A DNA stretch of 46,749 nt. Source: a virus (taxonomy: Duplodnaviria; Caudoviricetes). A program made the position numbers and the translations under genes. The notes below the pieces were generated by a model, which ran no database searches, was not told where the DNA came from, and worked only from the letters and a program-made list of their open reading frames with translations. Shown piece by piece: positions 1 through 7,916 of this stretch (within the stretch, counting starts at the first letter, position 1; each line of letters begins with the position of its first letter). The DNA lies in the IMG/VR virus record IMGVR_UViG_3300010362_000031, positions 1 through 46,749 of that record; one strand, given 5' to 3'.

Positions 1-336
1 CACTTCTCCAGGTGGCTCCAGTCGGCCCTCATGCCGAGCCGCCGCAGTCGAGGAGCTGCTCGTTGCGGATGTCGCGCTCGATCTCCTCCAGGCAGGCGTT
101 GCAGATAAAGGTCGCGTCCACCAGCTCGCCGCTCTCCATGCGGCTCTCGCACAGCTCGCCCGACCCGCCGACGCGGTAGCAGTACTCGCAGCCTTCGGCG
201 CGACCACAGCGCTGCTGCGGCGGCAGCTCGCGCTCCAGCATCCGCGCAAGGCGCTGTGCGTCGGTCGGCATGCCGGGCCAGAGGTCAGAGATCATCATGC
301 CGGAGCCTCGCGCGGCGGCCAGACGACGCCCTTCCC
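1..336. repeat. Left copy of imperfect terminal repeat (allelic to 46444-46749)
   Basis: 1-105 identical to 46444-46548; 307-336 identical to 46720-46749; middle diverged with a net 30-nt in-frame length difference. Confidence 0.95.
29..298 (-). CDS. Small Cys-rich (CxxC...CxxC) phage protein, allele A
   Basis: MMISDLWP...CEYC...CNAC; ATGA overlaps with both neighbours; the other allele at 46472-46711 keeps the frame. Confidence 0.75.
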   Translation of the reverse strand: MMISDLWPGMPTDAQRLARMLERELPPQQRCGRAEGCEYCYRVGGSGELCESRMESGELVDATFICNACLEEIERDIRNEQLLDCGGSA

Positions 337-555
337 TGGCTCCCACTGGAAGACCGTGTCGTCGCCGCCATCGGTGATGATGACCTTCTCGACCGCGCGC
401 AGGTCGGGCGCGCGCTGGCTGAGCATCTCGTAGCCGCGCGTGACCCGGCGGGCCGCCCTGACCGCCGTCTCGCCGCGCACAAAGCGCAGGACCGGCTCGT
501 GGATGCCATCGACCCAGAAGACCCAGACGCTGAACTCGGGCCGGTCGTCGCTCAT
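295..555 (-). CDS. Conserved hypothetical phage protein
   Basis: MSDDRPEFSVW...KVIITDGGDDTVFQWEPGKGVVWP; coupled by ATGA overlaps. Confidence 0.7.
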   Translation of the reverse strand: MSDDRPEFSVWVFWVDGIHEPVLRFVRGETAVRAARRVTRGYEMLSQRAPDLRAVEKVIITDGGDDTVFQWEPGKGVVWPPREAPA

Positions 556-719
556 GGCTGGCGCACCTGTTTGCGCTCTTCGACGGTCAGGAAGCGCCAC
601 AACATGCGGCAGACCTCGACCGCCTCCGGCCGGTTGAGCCGCACGGCGATCACCTCGCCGCCCTGATCGGCGTCGCACATGATCACGCGGATCGTGTCGG
701 CGCGCCGCTCGTCGCTCAC
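552..719 (-). CDS. Small hypothetical protein (55 aa, below ORF-track cutoff)
   Basis: GTG start overlaps the upstream TGA; stop overlaps the next ATG; fills the gap in a coupled gene chain. Confidence 0.55.
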   Translation of the reverse strand: MSDERRADTIRVIMCDADQGGEVIAVRLNRPEAVEVCRMLWRFLTVEERKQVRQP

Positions 720-886
720 CGCGTCACCTCTTCAATCGCGGTGGCGATCAGCTTGGCCTGGGGCACCGGGATCAGCGCCCAGTAGACCTCGCGGCGCTGC
801 GGTGTCTCGATGCTGACGCGGATCTTGTCGCCGATGGCTCCGCGCACGATCAGGCGGGACGCGCCCAGGTCGAACTCGTGCGTCAT
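716..886 (-). CDS. Hypothetical protein
   Basis: MTHEFDLGASRLIVRG...; overlapping start/stop chain. Confidence 0.6.
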   Translation of the reverse strand: MTHEFDLGASRLIVRGAIGDKIRVSIETPQRREVYWALIPVPQAKLIATAIEEVTR

Positions 887-1110
887 CGCCGCGCCAGATC
901 GCCGCTGATCAGCGCGCCGACATCGTGGACAAAGCGCCTCACCTCTTGCGGGTATTTCTGCAGATAGAAGGCGGCCAGCACCGCGAGCGCATCGAGCATT
1001 TCGCGGTCGGTCGCGCCTTCCTTCTGGGCTAGCAGCGCTAGCTTGTCGGCGAGATCCATCTTGGCCGACGCGACCGCGTTGCGCAGCTCGATATGCGCGG
1101 TATGCGTCAC
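883..1110 (-). CDS. Hypothetical protein
   Basis: GTG start overlapping upstream TGA, GGAGG RBS; helical sequence. Confidence 0.6.
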   Translation of the reverse strand: MTHTAHIELRNAVASAKMDLADKLALLAQKEGATDREMLDALAVLAAFYLQKYPQEVRRFVHDVGALISGDLARR

Positions 1111-1346
1111 TGCCGCGCCTCCTTGGGCCATTGGGCTCCGGCGGAGAGGTCGATGGCGAGCTTGACCCGGCGGCGCATCCGGTCACGCCGCTCCTCGTCC
1201 TCGTAGGTCTCGATCAGCGAGGTGAGCGTCGCGCCGAGCACGGCAATCGCCTCGCCGCGCTGGATGTCGGGCACCTCGGCGCTGAGCCAGCCCAGCACGC
1301 CCATGACCAGCTTGTCCGCCTCCTCCTTGGTAAAGCGGGCTTTCAT
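1107..1346 (-). CDS. Hypothetical protein
   Basis: MKARFTKEEADKLVMG...; ATGA coupling. Confidence 0.6.
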   Translation of the reverse strand: MKARFTKEEADKLVMGVLGWLSAEVPDIQRGEAIAVLGATLTSLIETYEDEERRDRMRRRVKLAIDLSAGAQWPKEARQ

Positions 1347-1561
1347 GGCCGCGCACTCGACAGACCGCTGATCAGCGCGCGAAAAATCGCCTTCTGCTCG
1401 GGCTGCATCTCGTCGGCTGCCGCGCACCAGGGGCAGCCAAAGACGTTGGGCGACGGCAGGAACCAGCCGAGGCAGACCTCGCATTTGAGCGCGTCGATGC
1501 GGGCGGCGTCGGTCAGCGACGCCGCTTTGGACGGCAGGATGGCGCGCGGCGAGCTGGTCAT
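1343..1561 (-). CDS. Small zinc-finger-like protein
   Basis: CEVC...CPWC; ATGA coupling. Confidence 0.55.
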   Translation of the reverse strand: MTSSPRAILPSKAASLTDAARIDALKCEVCLGWFLPSPNVFGCPWCAAADEMQPEQKAIFRALISGLSSARP

Positions 1562-1734
1562 TCCGCGACCTCAAATTCGTGACGCGGATCGACCTTCCAC
1601 AAGCGCGTCCGGTGCCGGCCCGGTATCTGCAGGATCAGGTTGATGCGGTCGCCATCGCGCTCGGCGCTGAGAACCCGCTCCTTGCCGGGCAGCAGCTCGT
1701 CGCCGGGCAGCAGCAGGCTGGCGATGCGCCTCAT
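1558..1734 (-). CDS. Small hypothetical protein (58 aa)
   Basis: MRRIASLLLPGDELLPGKERVL...FEVAE; ATGA overlaps on both sides. Confidence 0.55.
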   Translation of the reverse strand: MRRIASLLLPGDELLPGKERVLSAERDGDRINLILQIPGRHRTRLWKVDPRHEFEVAE

Positions 1735-2093
1735 TCCGCGACCAGCTCAAAGACCGCGATGATGGTCTCGTTGATCTCGCGCTGCGCGGCGTCGGGCGGC
1801 ACGGTGACGTCGATCCGGCTGTAGCGCCAGTCGCTCAGCCGATAGCCGTGCTCCAGGTTGCGGTTGATGACCTCCTCGAACCGCTCGCTGAGCAGCCGGC
1901 GCATGCCGTTTGGCGCGTGGGTCGCGTCGGGATGCGCGCCCCAGAACGCCTCCTCCATCGCCGGCTCGGGCCAGTTCTTGGAGATCTCGGCGACGATAAA
2001 GCGCTGCGCGGTCATCGGACAGCCCGGCTCGTGGTGCCGGCCAAAGCCGGTGAAGCAATAGCAGCAGGCACCGCTGACATTGGTTTGGCTCAT
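1731..2093 (-). CDS. Hypothetical protein (start could be 2015)
   Basis: RFIVAEISKNW...RFEEVINRNLEHGYRLSDW...ETIIAVFE; first gene of the coupled chain. Confidence 0.6.
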   Translation of the reverse strand: MSQTNVSGACCYCFTGFGRHHEPGCPMTAQRFIVAEISKNWPEPAMEEAFWGAHPDATHAPNGMRRLLSERFEEVINRNLEHGYRLSDWRYSRIDVTVPPDAAQREINETIIAVFELVAE

Positions 2094-2483
2094 CTCGCTT
2101 TTTAAAGGGCGCGGCCGGTCAGGCGTGCCTATGGGGGACAGGGATAGCGCGACCGGCCGCAAGTTCACGTTGGAGACAGGCGACGGTCCCGCGCACGCAA
2201 AACCGCCACCAGACTGTCAGCCGCTTGTCAGCGAGTGGGTAAACCGTTTGAGAAGTGGCTGACGGCATCAGTTTACGAGCTGACGCGACGGTTTGTCCAA
2301 TCTGTTGCCCAACGATTAGTTAACATTTGATGGGTTGACGGCTGCAAAAAAATGTGACACGCGCGGGGGAGTACCCCAGGCCTGAGCCTCGGCGACCCCT
2401 TGCCCTACCTCCAGCGGACGGGTGCCCCCGGCCCCCACCCGGCCGGCCGCCGACCACCCTCTCTGTCCAAGCCTCCGTCTAAC

Positions 2484-2924
2484 CTATTGAGATCGCTTGC
2501 GTCTTGTAGTCCTCCGAGGACTAACCTCGATCGGCTCGTCCTCGATCAGCGCTGGGTGCTGCTCGATATTCTCGATTGTTATCATGGGCTTAGGTGCGTC
2601 GAGCGGCTCTGCGTCGGTGAACCGCAACACCTGGACCTGGATCGGCTGTCCCTCAGCCCCTGTAATCTCAAGGGCTTGCATGTCAGGCAGCACCTTCCTG
2701 AGCAGGGAGAGCGCTACCTGAGCCTGCGTTCTGGTCATCCTTGGCCCGGTCGGAGCATCGGGATCATCTAGTGCGAACGTCTGCAAACGGTTGATGAGCT
2801 GGCTGGTTCTGATCTTCTGACGCCACCCGCTGACCCAGCTTGGTGATGGTGCTCGGTTAGCGACTGCTCGGTTGCGCGCGTCGTTGAGCTGCTTGGGCTG
2901 CCGGATCGCAGCGTGCTTGGGCAT
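2484..2924 (-). CDS. terS: Probable terminase small subunit
   Basis: RQKIRTSQLINRLQTFAL...MTRTQAQVALSLLRKVLPD...EITGAEGQPIQVQV matches a recognisable phage TerS-like pattern, including the C-terminal beta-strand tail. Confidence 0.65.
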   Translation of the reverse strand: MPKHAAIRQPKQLNDARNRAVANRAPSPSWVSGWRQKIRTSQLINRLQTFALDDPDAPTGPRMTRTQAQVALSLLRKVLPDMQALEITGAEGQPIQVQVLRFTDAEPLDAPKPMITIENIEQHPALIEDEPIEVSPRRTTRRKRSQ

Positions 2925-2949
2925 CAGCAGCTCTCTGGTATGGTGATGG

Positions 2950-2960
2950 TGTTGCCAACA
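2950..2960. promoter_or_regulatory. Operator-like palindrome TGTTGCCAACA
   Basis: Perfect TGTTG-N-CAACA between divergent terS and HTH genes; the motif recurs at other intergenic sites. Confidence 0.6.
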
Positions 2961-2971
2961 GGGAGGGTGCG

Positions 2972-3310
2972 ATGGCGTGGGATGGTTCGCTGCTGCGGCA
3001 AGCCATGGCCGACAAGCGCGTCAATCAGTCTGAGCTGGGGCGGCGGGTGTACGGCGAAGAGCGCGCCGGCAGCAGGGTCGCGCGCAATCGTGGCGTCATC
3101 AGCCAGTGGGTCAGGGGCACCAAAGAGCCGCGCCTCGACAGCAAGTACGCGCTCGCCAAGGCCCTCGGCATCGATGTCCACGAGCTGCTCGGCGATGGGG
3201 CCGGCCTGTCGCAGACCGCGCTGCGCCAGCATGTGCTCGATGGCATGCGGCGGCTCAGCGCTGGTGACCGCGCCTGGGTGCTGATCGAGCTGCAGCTAGG
3301 AGAACGCTGA
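2972..3310 (+). CDS. XRE-family HTH regulator
   Basis: LRQAMADKRVNQSELGRRV...ISQWVRGTKEP...LAKALGIDVHELL; GGAGG RBS. Confidence 0.8.
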   Translation: MAWDGSLLRQAMADKRVNQSELGRRVYGEERAGSRVARNRGVISQWVRGTKEPRLDSKYALAKALGIDVHELLGDGAGLSQTALRQHVLDGMRRLSAGDRAWVLIELQLGER

Positions 3311-3519
3311 TGGCTGGGCGCTGGCTGATCTGGTCCGAGGAGCATGGCGCTTGGTGGGCACCAGGGCGCAGCGGCTACACGCGCTCGATGCGCAAGGCTG
3401 GGCGCTACCAGCGGGCTGAGGCGGTCGAGATCGTTGACAACGCGAACCGCTACCTGCCGGAGGGCGAGTTCAATGAGGTGCTGATGCCTGACCTCTGGCT
3501 CGGCGAGCCGCATGGCTGA
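3310..3519 (+). CDS. Conserved hypothetical phage protein
   Basis: WLIWSEEHGAWWAPGRSGYT...AGRY...EA motif typical of small phage proteins; TGATG coupling. Confidence 0.7.
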   Translation: MAGRWLIWSEEHGAWWAPGRSGYTRSMRKAGRYQRAEAVEIVDNANRYLPEGEFNEVLMPDLWLGEPHG

Positions 3520-3676
3520 GGCCTTTGCCCAGCAGCGCTGGCAGACCGATCCCAACAGGTTTTAGGCATTGGGGCTTGGCGTCTGGTCACGTTGGTCCTA
3601 CCATCAACACCCAAGCCCGATGAGCCGCCCAGGGCGGCTGCGCGCCCTATCACGCCCGATAAGAGGAGGCGCGCTC

Positions 3677-4066
3677 ATGACCTATGATGACATCCTTCCC
3701 CTGATCGGCCGCCTCGATGAGATCGAACGTTGCATGGCCGAGCTGCTCGGCAAGCTCAACGGCGCACACCGCTCGCCGGTCTCGGCGGCCCGCATCCTGA
3801 CCCTCATCGTCCTGCTCGATGGCCGCGTGCCCTGGTATCGCAAGGGCGATCTCGGCCGGCCCCAGCTCAGCAAGCTGCTCGGCTGCTCGGCCCAGACCTT
3901 TGACGTCGTGCTCTCCAAGTACGAGGCGCAGGGCCTGATCAAGAAGCGCATCGAGGTCGTGCCAGGGCAGAACCGGCAGCGGCCGAGCACCAACACGCTG
4001 ACCTATTACGACCCGCAGCCGCAGCTCAGGGCGATGGTGGTTGGGTGCTTTGCTCGTCGGCCTTAA
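3677..4066 (+). CDS. Putative winged-HTH DNA-binding protein
   Basis: GAGGAGG RBS; LGRPQLSKLLGCSAQTFDVVLSKYEAQGLIKK pattern. Confidence 0.6.
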   Translation: MTYDDILPLIGRLDEIERCMAELLGKLNGAHRSPVSAARILTLIVLLDGRVPWYRKGDLGRPQLSKLLGCSAQTFDVVLSKYEAQGLIKKRIEVVPGQNRQRPSTNTLTYYDPQPQLRAMVVGCFARRP

Positions 4067-4305
4067 CGACGGTCAGCGTCCAGCCGTTGGCCTGGGCGAC
4101 ACCGCGTAGCGTCGCGGCGTCGAGGCCGAGGAGATATCTGAGGATCGGCGCGGTGCGCATGACGCGGTCGCGGCCTGGGTCATAGAGCACGCCGGCACAA
4201 AAGCTTGTCCTGGCCTCGGGCGAGGAGCGCACACGCAGCAGCAGCCAGGACGCATCGTGCTTGCCGCGCCAGTCGAGGCGCATCCAGTCAGGCGTGCGGT
4301 GCGGC

Positions 4306-4599
4306 TCAGGCGGTGCTGCGGCCATGGTGCGAGACCGCCCAGAGGCTGTAGAGGTGCCGGTGCAGCTTGGCCTGGATCACCACCCGCACATGGCTCGCGT
4401 CGGAGTGCGTCGTCACGACGACGTCGAGCCGGTCGCGGTGGGGCATAAACTCAAGGAGGGCCGGGTGGCCCGCGAGCCAGGGCAGGCGACGGGCCAGCCG
4501 TGCCCAGGCCTGCATAAAGACGTCGCCAAAATCGCCCATCTGGTCAGCTAGCGCACAGGCCTCGACCTCGGACAGTTCGGTGGCTAGCCCTTCCAGCAT
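4306..4599 (-). CDS. Hypothetical protein
   Basis: GGGAGGAAG RBS before ATG; plausible composition. Confidence 0.45.
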   Translation of the reverse strand: MLEGLATELSEVEACALADQMGDFGDVFMQAWARLARRLPWLAGHPALLEFMPHRDRLDVVVTTHSDASHVRVVIQAKLHRHLYSLWAVSHHGRSTA

Positions 4600-4781
4600 C
4601 GCTTCCTCCCTGGTCTCGTTGGGAGGCGATTTAAGCGGGCTGTAATGTGGGCGTCAACATCACTTGGCGGGCGGTTGTGCGATGTACGTTAAGGTGCGCA
4701 ACCATGACGGGTGGATGACGGTCGCGTGACGGGAAATGTGTCTAACAGGCTGAAACATGTGGGCAGCACAAGCCCCAAACA

Positions 4782-4792
4782 TGTTGCCAACA
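4782..4792. promoter_or_regulatory. Operator-like palindrome TGTTGCCAACA
   Basis: Perfect copy in an AT-richer intergenic region upstream of 4861. Confidence 0.6.
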
Positions 4793-4860
4793 CCATCGGA
4801 CGTCCTTATATAGAGGGTGACGCCCACAAGGGCGCGGCACAAACACGTTTGGAGACTGAG

Positions 4861-5091
4861 ATGACCGAGACGACCCTGGCCTGGGTGAAGGGCGAGAACA
4901 TCAAGGCCGTTCGCAACCGCGACGGCGTCGAGCTGCTGATGGTGAATGACCTCATCATCCCCATCGGCAATGACAACCCGGTGCAGCATGTCATCGACTA
5001 CTGCGCGCTCGGCAAGCGGGACCAGAAGCTGCTCCGCCAGCAGTGGATGACGGCCTACTGGCAAGACCTCCGCGCCGGGCAGGAGGGCTGA
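4861..5091 (+). CDS. Hypothetical protein
   Basis: GGAG RBS, MTETTLAWVKGE..., GC-rich third codon positions. Confidence 0.6.
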   Translation: MTETTLAWVKGENIKAVRNRDGVELLMVNDLIIPIGNDNPVQHVIDYCALGKRDQKLLRQQWMTAYWQDLRAGQEG

Positions 5092-5094
5092 GCG

Positions 5095-5280
5095 ATGCAG
5101 GCATCCCGCACGAGCGACAAGGTGCGCTGGTGGCAGATGGGCCGCGCTGCGGTCGCCAACTATGGCCTGGAGCGCGCCCTGGAGATCGCGGCATCGATCA
5201 AGGTCGAGGGCATCCGCAATCTCTTCCTCGACGGCGTCCACGGCCGGCCCAGGCCCAGGGTCAGGCGGCCGATGGACTGA
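5095..5280 (+). CDS. Hypothetical protein
   Basis: GGAGG RBS; followed by a terminator. Confidence 0.55.
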   Translation: MQASRTSDKVRWWQMGRAAVANYGLERALEIAASIKVEGIRNLFLDGVHGRPRPRVRRPMD

Positions 5281-5300
5281 CCGCCCCGGCTCACCCTACC

Positions 5301-5324
5301 AGCCCCGCTCCGGCGGGGCTTTTT
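5301..5324 (+). terminator. Rho-independent terminator
   Basis: AGCCCCGC-TCCG-GCGGGGCT followed by TTTT. Confidence 0.8.
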
Positions 5325-5790
5325 GTTGCCTCCCGCGCGTGCCGGCGCTTCTTCTTCGCGTGCTTCTTGGGGTTGACGCCAGCCCCACCGACAAAGGGCC
5401 GCTCCCCAGGGCGACGCCCGGTGCGCCATCGCGGATTGACGGCGTACTTCTGTCCCTGGGCGCTGCTCATCGGGTGCCTCCAGCGTTGCATGACCGTCTA
5501 GAAACGCTTGTGGGCGAAACCCTCATAGAACGCTTCTGGAGGCCGCTGAGTGGGGGGAAGGTTTCTAGGTGAAATGATACCCGGCATTTTAGAGGCCCTC
5601 TGTGGGCCTCCACAACGCGGCAAACAGATAGCTCCACCGCTATCATATCGCTGGCTTACGATTTCTTTTACTTGCGGCGAATGCTTAGTGAATAGTCTAC
5701 CAGTCCCACCAAATACTCTTTCGGGCCGTGCCGCGGCCGCAACCGGGTGAGATGTACTCGAAACAGCCGATTGCAGTAGTTCGCCTGTTC

Positions 5791-6045
5791 TTAGTCTCCC
5801 GCAAGTATTGCTCGAAACGCCTTCCGAGCCTCCCCGAGCTTGCGGTTTCGATTGAGCTTAGGGGCACCCATTGGTCCGTGGAAGTGGATGCCGAGCCGGC
5901 CAGCCAGCCGCATGGTGCCGGCCCAGGAGCGGCCGAGCAGGACGCTGGCCTCGCGCATGCTGAGACCACGATCCGCGTACCAGCGGAGCCTGACGACCTC
6001 TCGTGGCGACCAGGGCGGCTGTCGCGGTTCGCCCCGCCGCGACAC
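5791..6045 (-). CDS. Small HTH protein (GcrA-N-like)
   Basis: WSPREVVRLRWYADRGLSMREASVLLGRS...GAPKLNRN. Confidence 0.55.
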   Translation of the reverse strand: MSRRGEPRQPPWSPREVVRLRWYADRGLSMREASVLLGRSWAGTMRLAGRLGIHFHGPMGAPKLNRNRKLGEARKAFRAILAGD

Positions 6046-6276
6046 CTAGCGATGCTTGCTGGAGTGCTTCGGCTCGCGGCCATGGATGTTCGCGCCCTTG
6101 AGCGACGAGTGGATGGCGAGACCGCCGGTCCCGGCCCCAAGGCCGTCTGTCGCGCCCGCCAGCGGCGTTGTAGGGGCCGCTACGGGTGCGGGCGCTGGGG
6201 TAGTAGCCGCCGGAGGCTCAACATCATCAGCGGGCACGGCAGGGGCGCTAGCGGGCATCGGCATCGGTGGCGGCAT
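6046..6276 (-). CDS. Pro/Ala-rich hypothetical protein
   Basis: MPPPMPMPASAP...; fits the gene chain but is low-complexity. Confidence 0.35.
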   Translation of the reverse strand: MPPPMPMPASAPAVPADDVEPPAATTPAPAPVAAPTTPLAGATDGLGAGTGGLAIHSSLKGANIHGREPKHSSKHR

Positions 6277-6308
6277 CTTGCGGCGACTGGCCGCGCCAGG
6301 ACGCGCCC

Positions 6309-6593
6309 TCACGACGCCTTGCCCTTCTCGTTCATGTAGCCCGACATCGAGCTGTCCCAGGCGAGACCGCCATTGCCGGTCATGCCCTTGTCGGTCGGCT
6401 GCGGCCGGTTGCCCGACTGATCCGCCATGCTCTGGCCGCCAGCCCTGGGCGAGCCGCGCCAACCGAGCATGCCGGCTTTGTAGCCGTCAGCGTTGGGCGC
6501 GCTATACGAGGACGAACTGTTGCCGGCGGTGCCGCCAAACGTGCGGCGCGGCCCTCGCTTGCCCGAGGACGGGAAGATGCCTTTGGATTTCAT
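6309..6593 (-). CDS. Gly/Ser-rich hypothetical protein
   Basis: GGAGG RBS; MKSKGIFPSSGK... Confidence 0.55.
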   Translation of the reverse strand: MKSKGIFPSSGKRGPRRTFGGTAGNSSSSYSAPNADGYKAGMLGWRGSPRAGGQSMADQSGNRPQPTDKGMTGNGGLAWDSSMSGYMNEKGKAS

Positions 6594-6792
6594 GAGGATG
6601 CCTCCGATCCGAGGCGCTGACGGCTCTCGCCGCTTACGTCAACGTTACGCTCGCCTGTTTCACGAGGCAACCGGCAACGTTGGCAACTGCGCCAGAAACG
6701 CCCATGCGGGCATGTCAGGTTGCGTTGGTCCTTGAACGGGACGGCTCGCTGCGTCGGCTGGGCGAGCTGCCAGGACCACATGCGCCGGCCCT

Positions 6793-7065
6793 TCATGGCT
6801 GCGCAGCCGGCCCGGCGGGTCGCAGGGCCTCGTAGACCCGGTCGCGCGGCGTGTAGCTCTGCTCGTCGCCGAATAGCCCATCCCTCCTGCCCCTGACCCA
6901 GCCGTTGCGGATCAGCTTCTCGGCGATCGGCACCGGCACCGTCTCGCCGCTCTGCAGGCTGTAGCGCGGCTGGCTGTCGCCCTGGACGTAGGTCTTCATC
7001 AGGGGGCTGTGCGCGATCCGGCGCAGCCACTGGGCCTGCGCCTCGGTGGGCTTGTGGGTCTTCAT
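6793..7065 (-). CDS. Hypothetical protein
   Basis: MKTHKPTEAQAQWLRRIA...; ATGA coupling, GGAGG RBS. Confidence 0.6.
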   Translation of the reverse strand: MKTHKPTEAQAQWLRRIAHSPLMKTYVQGDSQPRYSLQSGETVPVPIAEKLIRNGWVRGRRDGLFGDEQSYTPRDRVYEALRPAGPAAQP

Positions 7066-7562
7066 CGGCCGTCCTCCGGCAGGTCGTAGCAATCGGCGAG
7101 CGTGTCGAGGCCCAGCTTGACGATGCCGGCGATCTCCTGGCGATTGCGCCCGAGCATGCGAGCCAGCTCGGAGAACGTGACGTCGCCCGAGCCGAGCTGG
7201 CCGATGCAGATCGGCACCGTGTAGCGCCAGAGCGGCCCCAGGGCCTTGAGGGCGAGCTGGTAGCGCTCGACCGCGCGCAGACGCACCTCGGCGTAGTAGT
7301 AGCCGGCGACGCCGCCCGACCCGATGTCCTCCCTGGCTCCGGCGATCCCGACCTCGTAGTCGCTGCGGAAGCGCTCGCCGGCATCGTGCTGCCGAGGTCC
7401 GATCACGCCATCGCGCAGCAGCCGGTCGAGCGTCGAGAGCGCCCGGTACATGCGAGCACCGGCCCTGGCCGGCCCCTGGTCGGTGCTCAGCGCTGGCGCG
7501 GACAGGAACTCGCTGCGCCGCTGCCGCTCGGGGCTGGGCGCGTTGAGATCGGCGGCGCTCAT
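7062..7562 (-). CDS. DUF6456-like / Q-like late transcription regulator
   Basis: STLDRLLRDGVIGPRQHDAGERFRSDY plus C-terminal sigma4-like HTH (TFSELARMLG...LKLGLDTLADCY); located at the end of the replication operon. Confidence 0.65.
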   Translation of the reverse strand: MSAADLNAPSPERQRRSEFLSAPALSTDQGPARAGARMYRALSTLDRLLRDGVIGPRQHDAGERFRSDYEVGIAGAREDIGSGGVAGYYYAEVRLRAVERYQLALKALGPLWRYTVPICIGQLGSGDVTFSELARMLGRNRQEIAGIVKLGLDTLADCYDLPEDGR

Positions 7563-7915
7563 ACCTCGAACCCCTGGATCTGGGCGTTGTCAGGCTCGAC
7601 CGCCTCGCCGGTCACCTCGGCCTCGGCCGCCTTGAGTGCGTCCTCACCGATGGTCATGCGGGTGTTGGCGCGCTCGTAGTCCTCGTGCTCGGCTCGGCCG
7701 GCGATCTCGGGCTGATGCGGCGGCGGCGCTGGCGGGGCCTTCCACTGGTAGATCGCCGCCGTCGCCAGATCGATGCGCTCACGGCGCTTCTGCAGATCGA
7801 GCATGGCCTCGCGGATCGTGCCGCCGGCCGCCATGTACGTGTCGAAGTCCGAGTAGCCCTGTGAACGCGCCCAGCCGTTGAGGGCGCGGGTCGCCTCTTT
7901 CGCATCCACGGTCAT
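7559..7915 (-). CDS. Hypothetical protein
   Basis: MTVDAKEATRALNGW...; GGAGG RBS. Confidence 0.6.
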   Translation of the reverse strand: MTVDAKEATRALNGWARSQGYSDFDTYMAAGGTIREAMLDLQKRRERIDLATAAIYQWKAPPAPPPHQPEIAGRAEHEDYERANTRMTIGEDALKAAEAEVTGEAVEPDNAQIQGFEV

Positions 7916-7916
7916 G

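Noticed and set aside
1-336. Diversity-generating retroelement TR/VR pair formed by the terminal repeats
   Set aside because: Differences are not adenine-specific, include an indel, and there is no reverse transcriptase.
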